From Felis catus (Eukaryota): DNA of 64,000 bases. Made by a program: the position numbers and the translations under genes. Under the pieces are notes generated by a model, which saw only the letters and a list, made by a program, of their open reading frames with translations, was not told the DNA's origin and ran no database searches. Where the stretch lies: assembly GCF_018350175.1 (NCBI RefSeq), contig NC_058368.1:48734001-48798000 (forward strand). Reading direction: 5' to 3'. This document shows positions 24,260-36,660 of this stretch, one piece after another (position 1 is the stretch's first letter; the number at the start of each line of letters is the position of its first letter).

Positions 24260-27200
24260 TATTGAGTATTTTGCTAAGTATGAATTTTTGTTTGTTTCTC
24301 TCACTCCTACATTCTCAGTGCCTAGAAAAGTGTGCCTGGAAAAAGTATTTGTTTAATAAAGGAATGAAGTGTTACACTCTGTAACAAATAATTGAACTTG
24401 GCTTATTTGGAGATTTGTTTGGAAGTTTGAGATCACCTATTCTCTTTTAAAATTAAAGGCATTTTATTTCAAAAGTAATACTCATAACACAAAGCACAAA
24501 AAAAGCATGCAATGAAATTTTTAAAATAGCCCTTTGCTTTTCAAGTCTGTTGTCTCCTAAAAACTTCAATAATTTATTTTAGAATTCAAACACAAAAATG
24601 TGACCGCTGATTTCACTGTATTTTTCTCACTATTTTCTCCTATGTCTCCTCTTCCCTGAGGCGACATGCCTCCGCTGTCCTCTCTAGTTTTAGTGGCAGG
24701 AGGACTCCGGCATAAAAAAGGAGTTAAAGAAGAGAAAGATACATTGAACAACATTTCAAAGCATTTTACCACTACTATGTCATACTGTCCTGAAGCAACA
24801 CTGTGGTAAGTAAGGTGTAATTACACAGGTGGAGTGCAGGAGGCTCATGTCATAGTTAAATGACACGCCCAGGGTCACATAGCTAGTGAGAGTGAGGGTG
24901 TGAACCTACTTCTATCCGATTTGGAAGCCCATAGGCTCTTCCTTTTCCTGTTTGCAAAATAAAAATAGCTGATTAAGGTTTTCCCCTAGTCCTAAAAAAC
25001 TATTTATTTTACACTAGAAAATTCAAACAATACAGCAAGATAGAAATGAAAAATTTGCAATCACTTGAAATTCCACTTTGGAAATTTGACAAGGAGTGTT
25101 CAATATTTGGGTTCGCACCTTTCTCTGTGCCACTATCTACCAGTATATATTTATTATAAATGGGGTCATGCATGTGGCTTTTCGACTTTCTTTTTGCATT
25201 TAACAATGAATCACAGGGGACTTTACCCATGAATATAGGTACTTTCAATGACTGCACGGTGTCTTGTATATATGTTTAATATTTTATCAATCAATTGATA
25301 TTTGGTCTATTCATCAAATTTTGCAAATATATAAAATGCCGTAATAAATACTCTTGTATTTGTACCTTTGTGTTTTCCCAATGGCCTCTTTGTGACACGT
25401 TTCTAAAACAGAACTGGCAGGGCTCAGATGGTCGAACGCTAGTTCACGTGATCCTGCAGACCTATATTAGGGTGAAGGCATCAATAAAATTAAAGTATTC
25501 TAATCAAGAGATTATTACATAAAGAAACAATTGTTATATTTTTTAAAAAAAACATGTTTTCTTATAGCCATGATTTACCTTTTTGGGTTGGGGAAGGAGC
25601 TGGTTGTGCACACCCACCTGAGCTAGAGCAGATGTACGTGGTGGACACAGGTACGAGAACAGGGCGGAAGAAGGGGAGCCCAGAGTGGCCACCGGAGACA
25701 GTCAACTCACGGCCATAATTTGCCTGATCCCTTAGGCTCCCTGTGGATCCACTCCCAAACTGCACCCCAGACCCGTCATTAATCCTTATCCTGACCCTGA
25801 GATACAGAACAGAGAATGTCAGCGTGCTCAGATAGGCCAATTGTTTGGATCAGAGAAAACTGCTAAACACAGGAATTAAGTGATGTGGGATTTGGGGCTT
25901 CTCGGGTCTTGGCTGACTGTGACCAGGGAAGGCACTGAGTGTGTAGACCTTCTGCTGTCTCAGATGGTAGTCGTCAGGCCGACTCAGAACGCACACCTCT
26001 CCCTGCGATACATCCGGCCGGCCCCTGCAGTCTCCTGTGCCTCTCCTCTTCATTCTTGTGCTCATTACCGTGTGTTGCTGCTGCTTCTGCCTCACTTTGT
26101 TGGTTCGTTCTCGCTCGGTTTTAAAATGTTATGACATTTAAAATCATGTTTCTCTTTAAAATCTCCTTCGTGATATTGGTGGAAAGAAGCGGAGCACAGT
26201 TTGCGCATGTTCAGGCATGACCGAGAGGTGAGGGAGAGCCGGGGAGGTATGTTCAGGGCTTCAGGGGAGGGCCCTGTGGGTGGTCCGGGGAGGTCCGCGT
26301 GAGGCCAGCGACCTGGAAAGGCTGCGGGGGCCGGAGTATGAGTTAAGACACATGTGCGGCTGCAGGATGTTTGGCTGGATTCCTTCCCAGCCACCCTGTA
26401 GGGGAATTGCAGACAGTGTAAGATGGAGAGCTGGGAGTTACTCTGAGTTCTTGGAGCAACCTAACGCTAGGATGGAGAAGTCAGGGTGACCTTCCGGTAT
26501 TGTAGATGCGCACGAGTCACGGTCCAGGATTAGGTAAGTGGAAAGCTACTGGGATCCCTCACTCAGACTCCTGCCTTCCTGTTAGAATCTGCTCTTCCTG
26601 GACTTCTGAACTGGGATTACAAAGCAGGAGGCAGGCTTCTTGAGAAAAAAAAAGAGTTCCGAACAAGTGAGTCCCGGAGAGAAATAAATCTTGGGACAAT
26701 CACAAAAGGGAGACCTGTAGAAAAGGAGCTGGTCATAAAGAGAGACTGTTAGATTATTGGAATAAATAGAAGGTTATATGTAGAGATAGAGTGTTCCGTA
26801 CGAAGTGTATGGAAAATGAGGGGAAAACTTGAAAGTATCAATGGCAGTCAGTTCTTCATGGTCAGGGACTTTGCCTGACACATGCGTAGTTTGCAATGAA
26901 TGTTCACACAAGGAATAAATGGAAAACTACCGTTAGCAAAAAAACCGAATTTGTAAAAAAGTCATTCACCAATCTAGATTGTAATTCACCAAGTTTTTAT
27001 CGGAATTTTTAGACTTGAAAGAACTATTTGAGATGATTCATTGATTCAACAAGCATGAGTACCTACGCATGCTAGTCAGAGGGATTAGAAAATGGGCTGT
27101 CCCAATTATCTATGCCTAAGTATGAGGAAACAGGCATGAGGTTCCTACACTTTAAGTACCTGGAGGCAGAGCTGAGACCAGAACCCAGATATCCTGAATA

Positions 27201-27634
27201 TTAGTCCTTTGCATGTCCCAAATGACCATGTTCCTTCTAGGGTTTGAGTTTACTGGAGACCACATGGTGTCCACATGTGTCCTTGAGACCTGAGACCTTA
27301 TGTGGTAAATACACAGTCCTGCAGATTCCAAGAAGGTGCTTACCTTTCAGTCTGACTGAACTAAATTGCACAAATGAATGAGTTTAGCCTTTTGCAAAGG
27401 GTATTTCCTCCCCCCCCCCCCAAAAAAAATGTGACATCGCACTAAGATGGGTTATAAGAGTATGCTAGAGGTAAGATAACAATACCTTCCTAAATTCTTA
27501 TCAGGGAAATCTGAATCTTAAAAGTATACTAAAAATTAAAAAAAAAAAATAGAGTTATGTAATAATGCCAGAAATTCTGATGCTAAGTGCCATTTGAGTC
27601 ACAGGAACTTTTGTATAATAACAAAGAACGTTGA

Positions 27635-27857
27635 GGGGCACCTGGGTGGCTCAGCCGGTTGGGCGTCCAACTTGAGCTCAGGTCATGATCTCATGGCTCA
27701 TGAGTTTGAGCCCTGCATTGGGCTCTGTGCTGACAGCTCAGAGCCTGGAGCCTGTTTCAGATACTGTGTCCCTCTCTTGCTCTGTTCCTCCCCTGCTCAC
27801 ATTCTGTCTCTTTCTCTCAAGAATAAATAAACATTAACAGATGTTAAAAATAATAAT
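27635..27857 (+). mobile_element. Can-SINE
   Basis: Full body; TSD aaagaacgttga / aaagaacattga. Confidence 0.95.
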
Positions 27858-28780
27858 AAAGAACATTGAAAATTGAGAGCTGGACAAAACACATGTTCCA
27901 TTATTTCTTTAGCTCACTCTGGAGCAACTGAGAAATCTGAGAGGTATTATAACCCCAAGGTAGAGGAGTTGCTGTGTGCCTGAATGTCATTCAGTGTCTT
28001 TTATCTTCATTCAGTACTCACTAGATATCCTCTAATTTTGCCTTTATTTCTCAGGGTGGCATTTCTATTGAGAAGGTATTATTCTAGTCAAAGTGAGCAT
28101 TACAGTCTACCTGGCAGTTAACATGTTTCAGATTAAATTAGTATATTGGCATTTTGGCTTCTCAATGCTTTGCTATTTGGTTGATGTGAATTAGCTCCCC
28201 AGAGAGAACTGGACATCCAACTCAAACATGTAAAGAATGTATCTTCTTTTGTGTAGGACTATCGCATGATAGTATGCATTCCCATGCTCTTGGTATGTGT
28301 AATGTGTCTCTTCTGTATCCTGAAGAGGATATTCCAGACCCATGGAGACCTCATGGACACGCTAACACGTAATGGAACTCAGTTTAAAATAGTCATCTAG
28401 TAGGTCTCTCATACCCATCTTATTTATGTCATCTTGGAACTAGATATTCCCTAAATATAAACAAGTGGGATACATTCTTGTATATTCTTTGTTGGGAAGA
28501 GAAGAGAACTAAGAAACTTATCTAAGATAAGGGAACTAAGAAACTTATCTACCGTGAAGCTTTTATGTTGTTATGGAAGTACTCGGCCTGATCCATGTAC
28601 ATATCTAGGCATTTCCAGAGAACAGAGAGCATAGAACAAATAAAGTGTCTTTGTAAGTGTCAAATGAGCTGAGGGAGATAAAAAATGATGAGGGGACACT
28701 TAAGGTTTTGGCTCCTTCCCTGCAGCCCCACCTTCAGAAATCAGAATACATAGTTCACTCCTTAGAAGTAGATGTACTGT

Positions 28781-29005
28781 GGGGTGCCTGAGTGGCTCAG
28801 TAGGTTAAGCGTCGACTTTGGCTCAGGTCATAAGCTTGTGGTTCCTGGGTTTGAGCTCCACATCAGGCTCTGTGCTGACAGCTCAGAGCCTGGAGCCTGC
28901 TTCAGATTCTGTGTCTCCCTCTCTCTCTGCCCCTCCCCTGGTCACGCTCTGTCTCTCAAAATAAGTAAAGTTTGGGGGAAAAAAAAAGATATTCTTAAAA
29001 AAAAA
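28781..29005 (+). mobile_element. Can-SINE
   Basis: Full body; TSD agaagtagatgtactg / agaagtatatgtactg. Confidence 0.95.
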
Positions 29006-29534
29006 AGAAGTATATGTACTGGAAAGGGAAGGAGCTTACAGAGATTGGGGGAGGTAAAAGGTGGGGACACACTGGAAGAGGAGAGTGGGGAGGAGTAATT
29101 ATGAGTAGTTACCTCAAGAGACCTTTTTACCCAGAATGCTTGAATTTGAGTCTGGTGTTGGTCTGCTCTAACTGACTTAAAGTACAAGCACATAGGCTTG
29201 CTGTTTCAAGACATTCGGAAGGTTCTGATAGGCACGAGGAAGGAACAGTTCCTTCTTGCCCTCTTCATCAGGCGTTCACTAGAGCAGAGGAGCAGCCATG
29301 ATGGAACCATGGGGGACAATTATGATCATAATTGAGGCCATGCTGTTCATGTGGGAAATGTCTGTAGTATGAAGCCTGGGTGTCCGTTTGAAACCTTCAC
29401 GGAGTGTTTTGGATATAAGCTGGTGGGGCGCCATTAAACTGGACTAGTAGGATTTGGGAATGGTGGCTGGATTAGAGATTTTGCAAGTTTGTTCATCTGT
29501 GGTGAGCCATGTTTAAAAAATTGTTGCTATGCCC

Positions 29535-29999
29535 TATAGTGGGTTGCATAGCATCCCCCCAAATTCATGTACATCTGGAACCTCAGAATGTGACCTTATT
29601 TGGAAAGAGTGTCTTTGCAGATGTAATTTAGCTAAGGCTCTAAAATGAAATCATCCCAGATTTAGGGTGGGCCCTAAGTCCAATAACTGGTGTCTTTGTA
29701 AGAGAAAGGAGAGAAAGATTCAGACACACGAAAAGACACAGGGGAAGAAGGCCATGTGAAGATGAAGGAGATTGGAGTGATGTAGCTACAGGCCAAGGAA
29801 TGTCAAAGGTTGCCAGAAGCCACCAGAAGCTGGAGGAGAGGCACAGAACGGGCTCTCCCCCAGAGACTCCAGAAGGAACCAGCCCTGCCAACACCTTGAT
29901 TTCAGACCGCTGGCATCCAGACTGTGAGAGAATACATTTCTATTGTTTTAAGACACCACGTTTGTAGCAATTTGTTATAGCATCCCTACGAGATTAGCA
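29535..29999 (+). mobile_element. Near-complete MaLR solo LTR (MLT1C-like)
   Basis: cctcagaatgtgaccttatttggaaa, gaaggccatgtgaagatg, ccagaagctgga, gaaggaaccagccctgccaacaccttgatttcagac, gactgtgagagaatacatttctattg. Confidence 0.92.
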
Positions 30000-30348
30000 G
30001 ATTACTCACGTTTTAGAGTAATTTAATTTTAGATCCAGCCAAGGGTGGCCCATGGAAATATGGGTTGTATGTTTAGTTATAGAGATTAATTTTTATTCCT
30101 CCCCACCTCTTCCCTCCCCACTCCCAAACACTCCATGTGTATAAGCAAACCACACACCAAAAAGTATTCAGCGATAAAGACTCAAAGGTCAGGGGCAGTC
30201 ATGAGAAATATTCAAAGTAGTTCTTTTCATTCCCTGATTAATCTAGAGATGGGATATTTAATTTACTGTATTTTAAACCAATATGTTTTTATTTCTATCA
30301 TTTTAGCAAGTTCTTTTATAAGAAAATACTTTGACTATTAGGTAGAGG

Positions 30349-30743
30349 TTTTTTGTTTTGTTTTGTTTTGTTTTGTTTTGTTTTAAGTAGGCTCCGTGCC
30401 CAGTGTGGAGCCCAATGAGGGGCTTAAACTCACAACCCTCAGATCAAGACCTTAGCTGAGATTAAGAGTCAGACGCTCGGGATGCCTGGGTGGATCAGTC
30501 AGTTAAGCATGTGACTCTTGATTTCAGCTCAGGTCATGATCTCACGGTTTGTGGGTTCAAGCCCCACATTGGGCTCCACGCTGACAGCATGGAGCCTTAG
30601 TGGGATTGTCTCTCTCTCTCTCTCCCTCTCTCTCTGCCCTTCCTGTATTCTCTCTTTCTCTCTCTGTCTCTCAAAAATAAATAAAATAAGCCTAAAAAAA
30701 AAAATAGTCAGACGCTCAACTAACTGAGCCACCCAGGCACCCC
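30349..30743 (-). mobile_element. Short Can-SINE variant (no CT tract, (AAAAC)n tail), split by a nested SINE
   Basis: (TTTTG)n, aagtaggctcc...agtcagacgctc [insert] aactaactgagccacccaggcacccc; TSD taggtagag at 30339-30347 and 30744-30752. Confidence 0.9.
30479..30705 (+). mobile_element. Can-SINE nested inside an opposite-strand SINE
   Basis: Full body; TSD agtcagacgctc at 30467-30478 and 30706-30717 is host-SINE sequence. Confidence 0.95.
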
Positions 30744-32494
30744 TAGGTAGAGTTCATTTCAATAAAGTGTACAAATTCTGTGCTGGGGTGAAGATGGAAA
30801 GGTGGCAGCCAAAGACATTACTTCCATTTCCAAAAGATAGGTTTGTCCCGCAGAATCACAAACCAATAAAACCTGTAATTGCAACAAAGTTGGGAACATT
30901 GGACTTCCCTCGTAAAGGATGTAAGTTATATGCTCAGGTCAGCTGTTACTCCCACCAAAATAATATTCTCCTTCTCCCTGTGGCATGTCCAATGTCCTCC
31001 CCCCTGTCAAACACAGTGGATGAATGACACTACAAAGAACCCTCTTATTTGGCAACACAGATCGATCAACAATGAAGAGACCTTGACAAACATCTCTTTT
31101 ATCTTTAACCTTTAACTCCAGTTCTTTCAGATGTGGTTCTTAAATTAAGCCAGATGCTTAATTTTGGGGTTCTCTGTGCCTTCCTCCAGCAGTCCATCCC
31201 AACAACCTGGAGGCTTGCCCATTTTCTTCTCTGTGTGTCAAACAATGTATCTCTGAAATAGTAGAATATGATGCTGTTTATTTGCGCCTCTCTTTTATTT
31301 CTCTCCTTCATTGCTCTCTTCCCTCTTTTGACTCTGTTTGCTTATTTTCACTCTACTTCTCAGCATTTTCAAAGTCTGGCAAAGATCTGTGGGTCAGCCT
31401 TGGCATTGGATAGAGGTGGTTAAGAGTATTACTGCTCTGCTAAAGTTGGAAAATGGCAGGGTATACTGAATAAAATAATAATTACAAACTTAGAGTGTGT
31501 ATTTTAAAAAGCATGTATAAGAACAAGGATTAGGAATGAAAATAGACTATATTAGAAAGACAGGCAAAAAATAATAGAAACAACCAAAGAAAGCAATGCA
31601 AGTTGCTAAAGTCCTATGAGTTTATTATGCTCAGAGGAGAAAGTGGGTGAGTGGCTAGGTGACTTGAAACAGGATTCGGTGGCAGAGTGGAGATACAAGT
31701 AAATGGAAGTTAGTGGAGTAAGAATGGGGAATCAGAAGGAGAGGGAAGGGAAAGTTTAGGTGATCAGAATAGAGGAAACAAATAAAATAGAAAGTAAGAA
31801 AGAAAAATGACAGAACAAATATTGGTATAATGCATAAGAAAAGAACAAGAGAGGAGGGAAGAATTGAAGATAACAGGTGCATTTCAGAAAAGGCCACCTC
31901 TGGTCCCTGCTTTCTGGTGAACAGATTTCAATAATATGATGGTGCTTCTATGTATCCTTTCGAAGTCAGTATGATAGAATTTCGGAAACACTTTGATCTG
32001 AAAGGATCATATTCCAGTCCTGCTTATTATTGCCTAGTTGAATAATCTCTAACAGGTCGCTTAACCTCTCCATTTGTTCCCTGGGTAAAACAAGAGATAT
32101 TTATCACCTTTTGGCTCTCGAAGAAGACATGACTTTATGTATTATTATAAAATGATTCATTAGGAGTCAACGTGGGAATGTTATTTTTAAATATCTGTAT
32201 TTATTCATGTACGTAGGTTTTTACTTCAATTTACTCATTTTAATTTTCTTGTAGATCCTTTTTTAATATTCCCAGTAGAAAATGATAACACATGAAAATA
32301 GGTAGGACAATTTGTTATGTTTAAGCTGTCTGGATCTATGGCAACAAGCGAACGTGCTATTTTATTTCTTTAAATGTTAGTTTTGAGATGATTCATTTAA
32401 ATAGTTTCTTTAACTAGCTAACAAATGTATTCTTTTAAGGCCTGAAAAGCATGGCCAAGTTTATAAGTTGATGGTCCAGTCTAGATGTGATTGA

Positions 32495-33010
32495 CAGACT
32501 AATACTTTTGGGTTCAAATAACAGAAAATCCAGCTAAATAGTAGCCATCTAACACATCTGGTAGCTGGCAGTTGCTGAAGTGGCCTACAGCTATCACATG
32601 GGATCATCTGGAGACTGACTCTTTCCATCTCTCAACTTTGCCATCCTGCTGTACTTGTTGCCTCGTGGTTGCAAAATAGCTGCCACATCTCCAGGTGTTA
32701 GGTCCTTTCATCAGTTCCACAAACAGGAAGGGAAAAGCTCCTATATGCTCCTTTTGAAATTAAAAGGGAAATGCCAGGTTCACTTGATGTTTCATTGACC
32801 AAAACTGGGTCATATCCCACTTCTGGACATTACCACTAATGGAAGAAAATGAAATTATTGAAAATGACCTAGACCAATCATGACTCATTCCCTGGGGCTA
32901 AATCAGGATCCTACATTGCCTGAAATGAGATCTCTGCCCATTGCAGAATCATGTTTCTCTCAACAGGGAGGAAAAAGATAATGACCACTGGGTGGGCAAC
33001 GAACAGGAAG
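32495..33010 (-). mobile_element. MaLR LTR (MLT1K-like)
   Basis: aaataacagaaaatccagctaaa, ggttgcaaaatagctgcc, tttcattgaccaaaactgggtcatat, ctagaccaatcatgactcattccctgggg. Confidence 0.75.
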
Positions 33011-33826
33011 ACGTGTGATAGTTAAGAGACTGTTAGGGGCAAAATCTAGAGAAGGTGGTTAATTGGTGGTTGTTAGTTTAGGAGGTATTGGTTGGATAGG
33101 ATATTGGACTAATATGTAAACATTTTCTTTTTAAAAACTAAAAGACACTCTTAAAGATCACAAATTCAATGCTTCATCTGAGAATGATTAGGAGACTGAA
33201 AGCCTCCAGTAAAATTATGAGTAAGAATGCAATTAACAAGTAATTGCTAGAAAAAAGATACTGAAGGCTGGAATGATCACTCCTACCTAAGTAGCTCACT
33301 CCTGTGAGGAAACCAATAAAAAGTCCTCCTTATATCATTTTTCATATATTTCCCCCTTTCTATATTTCTTTCCATGATTTATTTTATCTTTATCCTATTT
33401 CTGTACTATTTCCCCCTGCATTTCTTTGTCTACTAATTACCTTCAGTTTTGTTCCATTTCTCAGACTCTGACTTACCATCTACTTTGTTCTAACATCAAA
33501 TACACAGCACTGCACATTTGACACTTACAAGAGTTCATTGGTATTCTTCCATACCTTCTCTAACCTCTTCCAGATCTATACTCACACAGTTAGCTCTTCT
33601 CCCATGGATGCAGTGTTATCTCATTGATTTACATCACCCAGTCTTCCCTGCCCTACACATGCTGTGATTCTGTCCATTCTTTCTCTTCATGGATATTTGT
33701 GGCCGATACTGTGCTTTTGTAATTATGCAGAAACAAGTGTAGGCAAACAAAACCATATTTTTTTCTTTCACCAAACTAGAACTAAGTATTGATCCTTCTC
33801 TCTGCTCACCTTGAACCTTTTCATTC

Positions 33827-34098
33827 TCATAAATCCTGGTCTTTTCTTCCACATCCATACATACACCCTGGTTCTGGGCCTTATTTATTCTTTTCCCTTT
33901 ATTCGTCACCTCTGCATCATAAAGTCCGGTCTTTTCTTCCACATCCATACATGCACCCTGGTTCTGGGCCTTATTTATTCTTTTCCCTTTATTCGTCACC
34001 TCTGCATCATAAAGTCCGGTCTTTTCTTCCACATCCATACATACACCCTGATTCTGGGCCTTATTTATTCTTTTCCCTTTATTCGTCACCTCTGCATC
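33827..34098. repeat. 90-bp tandem repeat, about 3 copies
   Basis: cttttcttccacatccatac starts at 33841, 33931 and 34021; copies are nearly identical. Confidence 0.97.
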
Positions 34099-36179
34099 TG
34101 GCCAGCTACCACATAGAGGTGCTCAAGCAAAGAATGCATTAGAGCATAACTGAATTGGCTCCCCTGCCCACAGCATTTCCTGTGGGGAGAGGCAAGCCTT
34201 GGAACATCTGGTGTACCTCCCTCCTTTGCTTACAGAAGCCAGAAGGGAGAGGACAGAAGGCTAGAGGTTTGGTATTAGGCGCATTGGAACCAGTATAGGG
34301 TCAAGTGGAAATAGCTCCTTTTCCCAGAGGCTGTTTCTAACTGGAGTTAGGGAAATAACTAAACTGGGACTTCACTGATTCTGAAGTAGAAGGCTATTCT
34401 TTTCATCTCCTCTCCCACCTCTCTACATCACAAAAGCAGATTGGTAGGATTCAACGTGAAATAAAAAGTTAGCAAAAATCTGTGAGTCTGAGGTCTATAA
34501 AATACCAACAAAGTCAATTTGGTAGTGAAAATGAATTTCTCATTTCTCTAAAAGGAATTTGTGTTAACCAAGTAGCTAACATATGCCAGGTACTATGATG
34601 TTATACTTAATCTCATGTTTAATTTAATCCTCCATTGAATTTAATCCTCCATTGCACTCCATTGTTCCTGACATCTACATAATAAAATCATAACAGATCT
34701 TTTATTATCATCAAAACAGTGCTATCTCATTAAAAGGGAGCAAACACAGGGTATTTGTTAATTTACTTAATCTATTTATATACTTTGTAAAAGCACTCAT
34801 TAAAGAATGCAAGATACAAAGGACGCATTCAATGAATCATCTATGAAGCTATCATGAGGAAGTTTTTAAAATATGACAACAAAGTGAAAGAATGCTTAGA
34901 CAAATTGGAAACCTATCAGAATCCCAAAATTTCCAAGGTTGGTTAGAATGGTTATATCAAAACTAAAAGGCACATTTCATTTCATATGCAAATAGGTGAC
35001 TTTATCATTGGATGAACTGGCCTTAGGCCAGTGAGTTTTACGTGTACTTGCCTGATCACACAGCGACGCTTTGAAATGGCGGCTGTTCAAATTCTATGCA
35101 CCCTTTGTCATCGCCGCTGTAAGCGGCATCTGTGAGACACTGCATGCCCCTCTGTGTGAGACCCTCTACTCACAGGTGGTCCAATCTGAACAGCTTTAGC
35201 AAGAGGATGGCAGTTTTAGGTGCCACGAGGCCTGTTCCTGCCCTCTGACCCCTGACTGGACTCTGGCTCTGTATCTTATCTTGCTCCCTGGGTGACAACT
35301 TTCTGTTGGCACAGGCGTGCTTGGCTCTCCGTGTTTACTTGTGTGAATCTATCCCCGACTCTGAGTTTTAGTTCCTGCCCAGTCCTCATGCCAACTTGGG
35401 TACAACGGCTTGTGAAATAGTGCCACTGGTGATATTTGACACAGAGACCATGTGCCTCGCAGTGAAAAGATCAAAGCGCTCCCCAAGCCTGACCTGGTGC
35501 TGGCTGAAAAGACCGGGCGATCCCAGCAAACACTGGGACCACGGTTCGTGCACTTTCTCCAGGCTGTGTCTGGCAATTTAAAATGAGGCGTGCTATTAGA
35601 AAAGCAAATAACTGGTGACAAAGACTCAGCATATTAGGAGGCTGCTAAAGAATGCTTCTGGCTTATTTTCAGATAAATCACCTTTAAACAATTTACCAGG
35701 CTGAAGAAGCTAGGCTATTTTGGTAGATCAAACCCAGAAGATACCTAGAAGACAGTCTGAGGACGCTGGGATGAATGAAATAAAAAAGATTTTGTGCATT
35801 ATGGGTCAAGGTTCTTAAAATATGAAAATGTTAGGAATTAAAATTCCTAATTCTGGAGTATTGTAGTTTCCTGATATTTACTTACTGAGTACAGAGTATA
35901 AGCCAACCATGGCAGGAGACAGAAACACTTCTCAGTGATTTAATCACAGTTTGATAACTTCATAGAAAGAGTCCCAGGAGATTTTATACTTATTCTGGAG
36001 ACATAGGTTTGTGTTTAAGGACTGCCTTTTTTTTTTTTAAACCAATTTTATCCATGAATTCAAATTACACATCAAAATATTATTAAGAAAATAATATTAT
36101 CTGAGAAAAGATTTTAATGGAACATGACTGTAACTTTTTTTGTGTGGCCGGGAGAGTTCTGTTTAGATAACATAATAAT

Positions 36180-36390
36180 GATAATTAACATTATTATGTG
36201 CCTACTCTATGACTGACACTCTGAAGGTACTTCACAGATATTACCTCATTCACTGTTTACCCAACACCGTAGGTATTTTATTCCTGTTTTATAGGTGAGG
36301 ACATTGATTCATAAAAATATTCAACGTGTTTGCCTGAGCTCCCATAGCTAATTACGAACAGAGGCAGGATTTAAATCCAGATATGTCTTA
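36180..36390 (-). mobile_element. MIR
   Basis: attatgtgcctactctatg...ttttataggtgaggacattga...gaggcaggatttaaatccaga. Confidence 0.8.
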
Positions 36391-36443
36391 TTCTATCTGA
36401 AAAATAGAGAAAATAATAACTAACACACAGAGTAACTGTGAGC

Positions 36444-36507
36444 TTTTTTTTTTCAGTCTATTTATTTTGAGAGAGAAAGCGCACATGCACATGAGTGGGG
36501 GAGGGGC

Positions 36508-36550
<43 letters not shown>

Positions 36551-36660
36551 ATCCCAAGCAGGCTCCACACTGTCAGTACAGAGCCTAATACGGGGCTCAA
36601 ACTCATGAATTGTGAGATCATGACCTGAGCCAAAACCAAGAGTTGGGGGCTTAACTGAGC
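36444..36660 (-). mobile_element. Can-SINE, 5'-truncated
   Basis: (GA)n, gaatcccaagcaggctccacactgtcag, gagatcatgacctgagcc; head stops at cttaactgagc. Confidence 0.93.

Noticed and set aside
32488..32497. PBX-MEIS decamer TGATTGACAG
   Set aside because: A single 10-mer at an LTR edge; plausible by chance in 64 kb with no supporting cluster.
33827..34098. CRISPR-like array
   Set aside because: Whole units are repeated with no unique spacers, and the DNA is mammalian.
33634..34142. ORFs with 30-aa repeats (151, 117 and 101 aa)
   Set aside because: By-product of the 90-bp tandem repeat; open on both strands with no gene context.
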